Under the pieces are notes generated by a model. It did not search any database. It saw only the letters and a list, made by a program, of their open reading frames with translations, and was not told where the DNA came from. Shown here piece by piece: positions 40,666 through 51,531 of a stretch of DNA of 64,000 bases. The translations under genes and the position numbers were made by a program. Origin of the DNA: Lingula anatina (taxonomy: Eukaryota > Animalia > Brachiopoda); the NCBI GenBank assembly GCA_051362555.1, contig CM120644.1, positions 16,824,534-16,888,533 of the forward strand, written 5' to 3'. Each line of letters begins with the position of its first letter. Position 1 is the first letter of the stretch.

Positions 40666-43072
40666 GCTCTCCATCTCACTCTCTCTCCATCTTTCTTTCT
40701 TCAACCTTCCTTAATTCCACACCTTTCTCTCCTCACACACACAGTCTGCAGTCTAAACAAACCGCCCATTCTTACCCTACAGAGCAGTTTTCGCTCCGCC
40801 ATCCATCAACGTCTTCTACCTCTTTCCTTGAAGCTCCGTCCGTTTTTTCCCTTCATCTGCAACATTTCTATTCAATCCCACCCACTCACGACCCAGGACA
40901 ATCGCCGTGGAGTTCACTAACATTCCTGTCTCTACATATCCAGTTGTCTTTTGAATAGAACTACAAATCCATACATCTATTAAACACGACGGGGATTATC
41001 ATCAAGTATGCCAAATAGGTTTACAATTCCAGCTCAATTTAAGCTCGACATGCATTGTGAAAGGCAGGATTTATGATCATATCTATTATAAGAAAGAAGC
41101 CATTATCTCCTTAATCACACCAGGCAACTTCAACTGGAAATTGACCTAAAATACAGCAACAGCAGTTGAACGAACTGATAAAACATCGAATAGTCTGAAA
41201 GAGAGCAGGACCTCTCTGTAATTCTTAAGCTGCTTACAATAAATTTCTCGTCTAGCAGTTTTAGTCCTCAAGTGACATTTTTTTGTGTTTATCCTATATC
41301 AACCCAGTCCTTACCTTTCTTCTGTCTATATTGAAGAGCCAGAGCATAGCAATCGCACTGATAAAGACACCACCCTTTCTCATACCAGTTAGTTTAAATT
41401 GGTCTCATTTTCCTGCGCCCTGCCTAGTTTCCACTGGTATACTTTTCTTTTCACCAGTAGGCAAATTTTTAGCGCACTAAATGTTTTAGGAATTGTTTAT
41501 ATCAAACACCTCTTCTTAACTGGAAATGGGTTTACATTTCTCTCTTCCAATATAAACTGAAGTGTATTAAACTCACCCAAGAACGGTTCTCCTATGCAGT
41601 AACTTTACCTTCTAGTCATATACCATTAATTATTCAGTTCGTTTTTTTTTTTTTTTTTTTCAGCAAAATTAAATAAAACTGAATAAGTATTTTAAGAGGT
41701 GCCAATCCACTTTATTATAGATCATTTTCCAGATTTTAAAAATATATATATACGTTTTGTTATAAAGTGTAATTCCAGTATTAACAAATTATAGATGTAA
41801 TAACCAAATGAACACGGGAAAAAAACTGACGGCTTTGACATGTGACAACCCTTCGATGTTACCATGAGATTAAGTTCCCCAATCAAAACGGAATAATTTA
41901 TCTCAGCCGCTTCCAGTGGAACATGTTGATTTGTGTGGTCTCCACAACAAAAATGTTAAGTCTATTCAGCATAACATCTGCCTATTAGGATATCTGTACA
42001 CACTACATGAGTTCCGGTTCAGTGGGCAGGTAAAAATCAATGTATAGAGGAGTGATCGTATCCATCATTACATGTCAGTTCCTTATTTTACCACTGTTTT
42101 GTTTCCACAGATATGAATGCAACCGACCAACCAGAAAGAGAAACAAACGTCCAGAAAAAATATAACGTGTACACATTTTTTTTTCTAAACTTACATTACT
42201 TTCATTCCTAATTAAGTGTTTCAATTAAAATACAATGATTAGTTAGAAAAACAAACAGTTACAGATCTTCAAAGAGGTATTATCATTTAGAAGCTACTTC
42301 TTGGGTCGTTACACAAAAAAGTGATCATTTGAGTCTAGTCAGTAACGCAATTTTTGTGTAATATTTGCATAACTGTCATAAATATGTATATTTATTCTTA
42401 ATTCCTGTTAATTTCTTTCCATACTGCAGCTTACTTTAGTATATAACAGCAAAAATAATGGGGCATGCAAAAATTGTGCAAATATTACACCAAATTTAGA
42501 CATCACTGTCGTCACTCAAATGTTCACTTGTGGCATACCCCCTTATCTCACTTACAACACGTTCACTCGTTGTCACTGCCAAGCATTTACGCCTCTCAGA
42601 TACATCTCCCGAGTATCCCAGCATTCAGCTGGTATTACACATATTATGGAAACTATGACTACGACACACAAACACCCAAGGTACAGGCCCCCCCTAGCTT
42701 GTTCTCGGTGGTTGTTGATATGTTATTACAAGAATTAAATTACATACACACAAAAAAAAAGACATATATTATGTGTCATAAGGCCCCGAGCTAAAGATAA
42801 GTTAAAGAGACACAAATTCAGCGGTGTGAATAGAAATGACTGTCAATTTTGTGAAAAATATTTTGTGAATTCCAAACCTAGCCGCATTCAGAATGAATCA
42901 TCTAGTAATTTGAAATAATTGAATAAATTTTTATTATTTGAAAGACAGGAGAAACGGGGAGAGCTGGAGGAATGAGGAATTACATAAACAAATTATAAAA
43001 AAAAGTAGTAGAACTTTTTTTTCTGTAGTTGACTGTCTGACCGCTGTCATCTGCCATAATATGGTGCAAACT

Positions 43073-43074
<2 letters not shown>

Positions 43075-43116
<42 letters not shown>

Positions 43117-43125
43117 GAGAGAGAG
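43075..43125. repeat. (GA)n microsatellite
   Basis: Direct reading. Confidence 0.95.
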
Positions 43126-44499
43126 ATCCCTAGGGAGACATCAAATTAACCAGCAAAATGCAAGTTGACTTCTATATATCACACTTTCTCCAATATTTTT
43201 ACAATATCTCCTTTGAAACTTTTTTCAAGCTTTCACATCAGGCGATTATACCAGATTCCAACTAAACTCTAAATAACCTGAATCAATTTAATAAAGAATG
43301 CACCATGAAGTGGTTAACATAAATTTCATCAAATCCGGACCATCTTAACTCCTCGTCTCTGCAAGACACGTTTGTCCTATCTACCTCAACTCCCCACCCC
43401 TATCCCAACGCAAACAGATCACGTCAGAGAGATACGACAAGAAGATCCAATGTTAAGAATATGATTTATTGCTTTGGTACTCTGCACGCAATTCTGGCAT
43501 TAAATTATTCAACAGACTATAAAAGGCACACAAATTTCAAACAAAATATCACATTCTATAAATAATGCACTTAGCCTAACAACATGAAATCTGTCAGAAT
43601 ATGTTGTTCTGATCTATCATTTAAAATATAACAGGCATTAGCTTACACTGCTGGAATGATGTTATTAGGTCTGCTTTAAGGTAATTGCTAGGTTTTTTTC
43701 CTATCCTTGCACAAAAAAATACTTGCATTTCGTTTCAGTTTCATACGTGATTATTATCATGTTTACTTATCACGTGTTTCATAGACCAAAGTACCGAAAA
43801 GTCGGAATAAAACAAAAATTAAAGAATCCAAAAGTCTTGAATCGAAACTAAATGTTATAGTTACTGTAGTAAATGATGCAGTAGTAAATGTTTCATAAAA
43901 CACGACAAGAAATCATACAAAAAAGATACGAGTAAACACAAAGTGTAGATCACAACAAAACAATCTCCAACCATAAAAGCCCTTTAACTAGCAACATCTA
44001 GGCAAATAGATTACCAACTTTACAAAACTACTTTGCAATCTGATCGTCTGAGGATGCAAGGTTTTTAATCTCATGTCCACTACAAATATAGTAACTGTTC
44101 TAATATGAATGAAGGTTTTTAAACTCAGATGCAGAAGCATGTTCTTCCATCCACATCTCGAAAAAAAAAAGAAACCTCCTACCATCAATCTCAATTGATC
44201 ACATATGCACCTGCCACAGGGGACGGCTGGCTGGACCTGGAGACCAGTGACAATAGGAAAATGTCAAATCACAATGACAAATTGACCCTCACCTATAGAT
44301 ACACTTACCACTGTGAATACCCTTACCTGGTGCTATAAGTACCTGAGTTACTGGTGTATTTAGTAAGTACCCATATTAATTCATCCTCATTTTGGGTCAC
44401 TGTCCTGTCCACCCTCCGTCCCTATTCTACAGCTTGCATCAGTCAGTCTTGCATCAGTTGCCCTATTTTTGAGTACTCATGGGTAAAGCTTGTGCTTAT

Positions 44500-44676
44500 C
44501 TGGGGTAGCGCTAGCACTCGCCAGTTTAACCAAATCCTAAAACTGATTAACCTGGTTAAACAAAAAGGGTTTATTTGACTTGTTTAAGTCAAATTTAAAC
44601 CATTTTGTGTTATAAGTAATGAAAAAGTAGTGATTTGGCTAAGCGAAATAAATTGCTAGGCTAAGCGCTACCCCAG
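44500..44676 (+). mobile_element. MITE family D (ctggggtagcgct termini, 5-bp TSD cttat)
   Basis: 13-bp TIR; cttat on both flanks; inverted copy at 56276-56448. Confidence 0.88.
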
Positions 44677-45500
44677 CTTATGCATGTTACTTGTGCTTTA
44701 ACCGTTGCGTGTAGTAAGACATGATGGGAACTGCCAATTTGTTACTTAGGCGTAGAAGTGATACTATCACAATACTGAATTGTGGAACTGAGTGACACAA
44801 GATAGTTTCCCCCAGTGCTTAGAAGTCACAAAATCTGAACAAATTTGGTCAAGTGTATTCAAAAAACTATGTTACGTTAGAGATATACACAAAAAAGTTT
44901 TACAATAATTAAAGATCTACATATAATTTGAAAGTTCTGAAGGCAAGCTGAGTTCATGGTAGAATGCATGTTTCTATGTATTACTAAAAGGTAATTCAAA
45001 TGATATACTTTCAAAATAGAAATACTGGCATAGGTAAGGTGTTAGAAATTTCTCCAATCTATCAAAATTATCTGAATTCAATTATTTCATGCAACTCCAG
45101 GAAATTTTTTGAAATTCTAACAAATCAAGATGTATCAAATTAATTTCCCTTCTTTGTTAAATTTTTAAATTTGCAAAACTCAACAAGGGAAAATAATCTT
45201 TTAAAATTAAAGCTATGTCCCATACCACAAGATAAACATTTGCACAAAAAAACCTTACTTTAAATAGCATTTTGTTCACCAAATATTTTTAGGCCAAAAG
45301 CTCTCAAGGTCTGCATCATCTGACCATAGCATAAAAAACATTTTCAGTAATTTTCCTAATTCTTTAAAAACCTCTTCCATATATACAACCATATCCTTCA
45401 CTTATATAAAAGTGAAAACTTGCAATAATAATTACCTTCTCTAACTAAACAGAGAGCACAGTTCAAGAGCACTTTCCTTCACCTCCCGTCACTTCTTTTA

Positions 45501-45583
45501 ACAGGTGTTACAATGACAGGTGTCACCTCCCAAGTTTCATGACATCAAATACAGGTGTCACTATCGCCTGTCCAGGTGACAGG
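45501..45583. promoter_or_regulatory. Candidate enhancer motif cluster (4 x CAGGTG; TGACAGGTGTCA)
   Basis: Four CAGGTG boxes in about 80 bp, one embedded in a TALE-homeodomain dimer-type site. Function is inferred only. Confidence 0.3.
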
Positions 45584-46281
45584 CACGCAAAAACGACACG
45601 AGGACACAGGGAACATGTGACACGTGGATATTCATTCAAGCTGTATGAACTCGACGTATGAACTTTTGAAACGCTCAAATGATGAGAGAGGTCAGGCAGT
45701 CATCACTTAAGAGGGAACAAGGTTTGCCAAAGAACGGCAAAAAGGATCAAAATACATGCATCAAAGGGTTAAAAGAAGCACATTTGATAGGGTAGAATAT
45801 CATATGATTTTCAAGAATAGATTATTTGCCTCCCTTATGAGTTTTAAAAGACAAATCACAGGTAATAGATGTGACTTTCAGGGTGATAAAGTGATCATAA
45901 TGCTATGGGACATGGCTTCAGACCCAGCACCCTGTGCCTGCATTCCAGCAGTCACTCGCTAAATATATTGTATAAATATGTAATATAATGGGCAAGTAAA
46001 TTGACCAAGTTACAGTAATTACCCAAGCTGACAGTTTGTTTGTATGGCATATGTAATTATATAGGGGATGTCTTAGATCAAGGGACATATATGATACTTG
46101 CAAGTGTGGCAAATGAAATATTACAACTGTATGCATTATATGTAATTTGTAAAATACATCCGAGGATGATACCTATAAAGATAATTGCATAAATGTTTTA
46201 AAAAAAAAGGCATGTAGATTAATTTAGTAAGTAAAACATTTAATAAAAGAATGTTAAACAAAAGGCTAACTTCCTTTTATT

Positions 46282-46645
46282 TGTGTGTTATCTAAGGCTC
46301 TATTCCCACAGATTTTAGATCGATCTATCCCCGCGGGGAGTCTCACTAGATTACTTTCAGATAATCCGACTTAAATGTCCGTCCCGCCTACTACAAGCTG
46401 TAAGGGGGTAATTAACTTTCGTGTCTGCCCGGCTGACAGCTATTTAGCGTGAACCCCCAGGGAGTTAGGTCGATCTAAAGTAGGTCGATCTAATCATGGA
46501 AATGGGGTGTAAATTATCTTTTTGTACAGATTATAGGAAAAAGTCTCCCCATTAATATTTTGTTCAGCTTTTGGAAAATATCTGCATTATTTTTCAGGAT
46601 AAATTACAAAAAGTAAATTAACAGCAAAACTTTGTAATATTTGCA
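46282..46645 (+). repeat. Left arm of a diverged inverted repeat flanking the integrase ORF (interrupted by a MITE)
   Basis: After removing 46296-46509 it aligns with the reverse complement of 49165-49318. The core 46520-46554 matches 49260-49294 at 32 of 35 positions. Confidence 0.75.
46296..46509 (+). mobile_element. MITE family A, copy 2 (TSD TAA)
   Basis: Near-identical to 18388-18602; taa on both flanks. Confidence 0.9.
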
Positions 46646-47127
46646 GGCACATGTATTTAGTAACCAAGCACTTTGAAGGAGAACTTCTTTCGAGCAGCTA
46701 AAAAACTCACTGAACCAAGTTATAGAATATTTTTTATTTATATCACTCTATAACACTGATAAAGTGGATTCATTAGAATACAACACATTTTCAAAAATAA
46801 TAAGGCCTCAAATGTATCTTTTAATACCATACTAATATTCGGCATCAATCTGAAAGCTTTTAAGTTTTTTTTCTTATTTCAAATTATATTGTTTGTAAAG
46901 TTTGGTATCCACTTTGGATTGTTTCTTTAAAATAAGAATACAAAGCTTAGCTATAAATACCTGAGTCAGAGAAAATGGTACATCATAAAGACCTTTTTCT
47001 ATGATTCAAAATTTAGAAATTTGCACAACTTGTAGTTTAAAATAATTAGTGAGTGTTATTTAAAATAGTTACAAAAAAGAGCCTGCTATTGACAAAACAG
47101 GTACTGCAGTGTCAGTCTTTCTTGTTG

Positions 47128-48468
47128 TCAACTTGCAGTAGACAGATACTTAGGAGTTCCAATTTTGCGTAGTTTGGCAGGGGGCATTTCTTCATCATAC
47201 CCATCAGCTGTAGTCTCTGGCACAGATGAGGCTATCATTTCAGTTTTTAATGTTGGTAATTCTGGCACTGTTGATGGAGTATGATCAGCCGCCACTTCCA
47301 GGTCAAATGACGAAGTTGGAACTATCATTTCAGTTTTTACTGTTGGTAATTCTGGCACTGTTAATGGAGTATGAGCACAGGTCCACACTTCCAGGTCAAA
47401 TGACGACATAGGTTCAGATTTTACAACAGAGCATCCAGTGGCCTGATCATCACTTGAGAAGAGACACGAGTCGTCATCTTCCTCTCGGACCAATCCTTGA
47501 GACTGTAGAGTCTCAAGTAGATGAAAGTTATGTCTGGGAGCCTGCCCAAATACCAACTCGAAAGGTGTCTTGCCAGTTGCACCAGCAATGGCGGTGTTGA
47601 TGCCATGAACGACAAACTTCAGACCTTTTGTCCACCCCTCTTGGTGTTGCTCCATCCACTTTCCTAACTCAATCTGGAAGTCTCCATCCCCACAGTCTAC
47701 GCAACCTTGGCTTTCGGGGTGGCATGGACAATCATTCATTACGACGAGCCCTGGACACATTTCTGCCAGATCCTTTATAACACTAGCTGTGAATTCTTGA
47801 CCATGATCTGACTGAAGCACCATAGGCGGGCCAAAGAAACAGAACTGTTCAACCAATTTTGATGCAACCTCGTCTGTTCTATTGCTGGTTAGTGCATATG
47901 CCCAACTGAATTTCGTGAAGTGATCCTTGGCATAAAGGATCCATTTGTACTCGCCATCGGGCATACTAGTCATGTCAATAAGGTCAATCTGAATTCTTGA
48001 TAAATACCCCAAGGAGATAATAGTTTTGCTAGCTTGTGGTGTCTTGGATGCTTTTTTGCTGTGGCACTCTCGGCATGTCTGGAGATAAAAGCTGACCGCT
48101 CTTCGGGGAATCCAGGAGTAATTTCTCTTCACTTCCTCAAAAGTCTTATCTCTACCAGAATGTTGTACTCTCTCGTGACAATTAGCCAGTACGTGGAACA
48201 AATCCTCTTTAGTTGCCACTGGACGAGATGTTTTTATGCAGTAGAGAATTTTTCTCTGGCCAATTTCTTCTATTTTAAAGTTTGTCTTACACCAGAACTT
48301 AAAAGTTGCTCCATACTGACTCTTTTCACCGCTTTTTACTTGTACAGTAGAAACGATCTTTTCATACATTTCTTGTGTTATCAAATATTTTTGACGCCTG
48401 CTCTCATTTATAGTTGCCAAATGCTGATCCAGGAGTTTATGGAAAGTTTCATACTGTGTCTCTGCCAT
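47128..48468 (-). CDS. KRBA2/SCAND3-like integrase-domain protein (H2C2 Zn-binding plus rve core), Ginger2-like, 446 aa; ORF extendable to 48525
   Basis: Uninterrupted ORF. Motifs: CHERVQHSGRDKT..CREC; RIQIDLIDM; KDHFTKF; FGPPMVLQSDHGQEF; SQGCVD; TGKTPFELVFGQ. The ATG at 48468 has ACCATGG context and follows a pyrimidine tract plus AG, so it is preferred over 48525. Confidence 0.9.
   Translation of the reverse strand: MAETQYETFHKLLDQHLATINESRRQKYLITQEMYEKIVSTVQVKSGEKSQYGATFKFWCKTNFKIEEIGQRKILYCIKTSRPVATKEDLFHVLANCHERVQHSGRDKTFEEVKRNYSWIPRRAVSFYLQTCRECHSKKASKTPQASKTIISLGYLSRIQIDLIDMTSMPDGEYKWILYAKDHFTKFSWAYALTSNRTDEVASKLVEQFCFFGPPMVLQSDHGQEFTASVIKDLAEMCPGLVVMNDCPCHPESQGCVDCGDGDFQIELGKWMEQHQEGWTKGLKFVVHGINTAIAGATGKTPFELVFGQAPRHNFHLLETLQSQGLVREEDDDSCLFSSDDQATGCSVVKSEPMSSFDLEVWTCAHTPLTVPELPTVKTEMIVPTSSFDLEVAADHTPSTVPELPTLKTEMIASSVPETTADGYDEEMPPAKLRKIGTPKYLSTAS
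47232..47406 (-). repeat. Two-copy ~90-bp coding tandem repeat in the integrase C-terminal tail
   Basis: SSFDLEV..HTP.TVPELPT(V/L)KTEMI occurs twice; DNA copies start at 47232 and 47322. Confidence 0.9.
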
Positions 48469-48596
48469 GGTGCTTGAAACTTGTCCATAGAGGAAATGAG
48501 GACTCTCACACAGGCCTTCCCTCATATAGCCTACCTTTGTTCAGTAATATCATGATATGTGCCTTGATCTATGACATCTCCTATTTAATTGTACAT

Positions 48597-49397
48597 GTCA
48601 TACAAACAAACTTGCAGCTTGGACAATCAACCTGGCCAATTACCTTGCCCATTATGCTGTTAACAATGCAACGACCCTACTGAGACGTGATCTAGGCCAG
48701 GTCTTAATTGGGATGTGGATTGGGCCACTTAGGAAGTGGAATACATTAGGCTCTGGCCTGAATTACACATGCCATACAAACTGGCAGCCTACCTGTAAAT
48801 TACATGACCAGTTAACTTGGTCTAAGATGTCCCCTGTAAAACTGCACATGCCATACAAACAAACTGGCAGCTTGGCCAATTAACTTGGCCAATTAACTTG
48901 CCCATTATGTTGTTAAAATACAAAGACACATTTAGAATATGGTCTGGGCCAAGCTGAGGGCCAGATGTTGACCCATGATTTTCAGGATGATCAATAGCAA
49001 AACCTACCTGAAATGTATGATCTACCTTTTCACAGTCACTGTACCTGATTAAAAAAGTTGCCTGAAAACTACTGTGAAAGGACAGACATCATTTGTGTAG
49101 GTTTTAACAACTGTATTTGGTATTATTTTAAACATAAAAAAATTCTCAAATAATGATACTTTAGCATGATACCAAAGTTTTGCTATTAGTTCACACTTTT
49201 CTATGTAACTTATCCTTAAGAAAATTGCAGACATTTTCAAAATAAGCTCAATAAAAAAGTAATGGGCAGACCTTTTCCTATAATCTGTGCAAAACCTAGA
49301 TAATTAAAATAACACACTAACAAATGGCAGCTCGCAAAAGACACAATTAAGATGTGGTCTGGGCCACTTAGGAAGTGGACTAGATTAGGACTGGGGA
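48597..49397. repeat. Local diverged direct duplications upstream of the integrase
   Basis: catacaaacaaact.gcagcttgg.caat..ttgcccattatg.tgttaa occurs near 48599 and 48852; gatgtgg..tgggccactt(t)aggaagtgga.ta.attagg occurs near 48712 and 49351. Confidence 0.7.
49165..49318 (-). repeat. Right arm of the diverged inverted repeat flanking the integrase ORF
   Basis: Reverse complement reads gtgtgttattttaattatct..ttttgcacagattataggaaaaggtctgcccatta..gaaaatgtctgca..ggataagttaca..agcaaaactttg, colinear with the left arm. Confidence 0.75.
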
Positions 49398-51363
49398 TGT
49401 AGCATATATATGTATACAGAGAGAAAGAGAAAGAAAGAGAGAGAGAGTAAGATTAATGCTATTCAACACGTGTCACAGGCTAAATACAGGTGTCAAAACA
49501 TTTAATTAACAACCACTGGGCAAGCAAAGTAGTCTACCACATTCAGGCTGCCCAATACGTCTAATAACATAAACTTCCATAGTGGTTCAAAACACAACGA
49601 TGCATAAAAAATATCAATCTTTTCATCAGTTCCCAAGTTTCTGTATATTCGGGGAACAAGATTACCATTTGTGATAATAGCCTACCTTTTTAGTTTTGAC
49701 ACATATTTCACTTTTATCTGTCTAACACACAGTCAAGCATGCAAAACTAATAGGATGTCTTGGACAATTTTGCACCTTGCATTTTTTTAGGGGCGCCCAT
49801 TTATTTTTGTCACCTGAGATAACAGTGCGTTAAGTCAGAAAAGGTGAGGTAATTATTTCAGCGGAGCGTTAGGGAATCCAGTTTCAGAGTTCACTTCCCC
49901 TTACACTTTCAAATACAAACAATGAGAATTCCTTTCCTTGTTTTTTTGTTATAACAGCTCTCTAGAGTTTCACTTCATTTTTCATTTTCTTTGAGACCGA
50001 ATTTGATTCCATGATATTTTCATTTCTCTTGTGACATTTTCTTTTTTCATTTGGCAAATATCTTGATCAAATATCACACAGAGTTTCTCAAAAAGCATGA
50101 CTTAATACACCTGAAAGTGGATATATTATTTGGATTTTCAATTCTTCAAGCCTTTTCTCCTTCGTATTTTTGTTCCCTTAAAGCACTCACTTCATTTTTT
50201 TATTTCATTTTCTGTTATGTCACTCAAAGCACCTGTCAAATGTTCCACATTTAAGTTAGTGAAAAAAAAATCTTTACCTCATTAAACCAATATTTTGTCC
50301 TTTTTCTTTCTGGCCTTTTCTGCCAAATCAATCTTATCTTCGTTGCCTTCTTCTCTGCACATTTATCAATTGTTTCCAACTTTACTAGTCATGTTACTGT
50401 GACCGTAACTTCTTCTATATATATTTTTCTTTTCTTTTCTTTCCTCTTTTTTTTTTTTTTTTTTTTGACTTCAAAAGTCACAGCACTGAGACAGTCAATC
50501 CCAGCCCTCTTCCTTCCTCTGATAACCATCGATTTCTGACAACCCAGCCAGACAGGTCCACAAACCCCAGTTACGACGCAAACAAACAGTCTGCCTCGAC
50601 GCCAATTCATAATTAATTCCCAGCGGCCCTTTTCAATATCTGCTAACAGCAAACCATTTACACGCTATCAACTTCTAAACACTGCCCCAGTGGTGAACAA
50701 AGGTGGCATGGCGTGTCCTGTCTATTGTCCAGACCTGCTGACCACATGCCCTCGGGGGAGTGCTTGCCGAAAGTCAATGGCCACCTTGCCTGTGATGGTT
50801 TTAATTGAAACTTCAAAAGATCCGTGACTGGTGAAAGGTCAGGAAATATCCGACATTCCTGACAATTATTTTTTTTCTTACATGAGATTAGTAAGGGTGT
50901 CCGACATATTCTTTACTTATCAACCTGGCATCCTTTATGTGTTCCATAATAAAGAAGAATTAACTTGCCCAAGGCTGCTAGCAGTGATGTTTTTCTAGCA
51001 TAATATCGACAAAGAAACCGGACACTTTTAATTTCATTATGAAAATAAATGTGAAATAGCGCCACAAACAACTCTGAAAAGTGCAACTTTGTGCTTATTG
51101 TCGCAATGTTTGAGAGGCTGCTTCTCATTGGTATGTGAAGCTGGATGTCTTTTGTTTACTTTTTCAAGTCCCAATTTTATACTGATCTCCTAGGTAAATC
51201 GAACCTATTAACCAACTGAGTTTGATCACTGCTCTAACCCTTGGACGTATTTCCGGTCACACTGTGCCATATCAACTTGGTATATAATTTATCCGCAAAT
51301 AATGGCAGGTGCAGAAGTGCGGGAGTGGGGGGGGGGGGGGTCCAGGGGTTAAAAAAAATCAAG

Positions 51364-51531
51364 CAGGCCCGTAGCCAGGGGGGGTTCGGGGGGTTCGAAA
51401 GAACCGCCCCTTTTGCTGGGAAAAGGTCCACTCTGGGTAAAATTTGATCTAGGTACATGAAATTTTCATGGGAAAAGGTCCACTTTTTCAGAAAACGAAC
51501 CCCCCTTTTGAAATTGCTGGCTACGGGCCTG
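51364..51531 (+). mobile_element. MITE family B copy (5-bp TSD tcaag)
   Basis: 15-bp perfect TIR caggcccgtagccag; tcaag on both flanks. Confidence 0.9.

Noticed and set aside
47226-48683. Short plus-strand and alternate-frame ORFs overlapping the integrase
   Set aside because: Shadows of the main ORF with no motifs.
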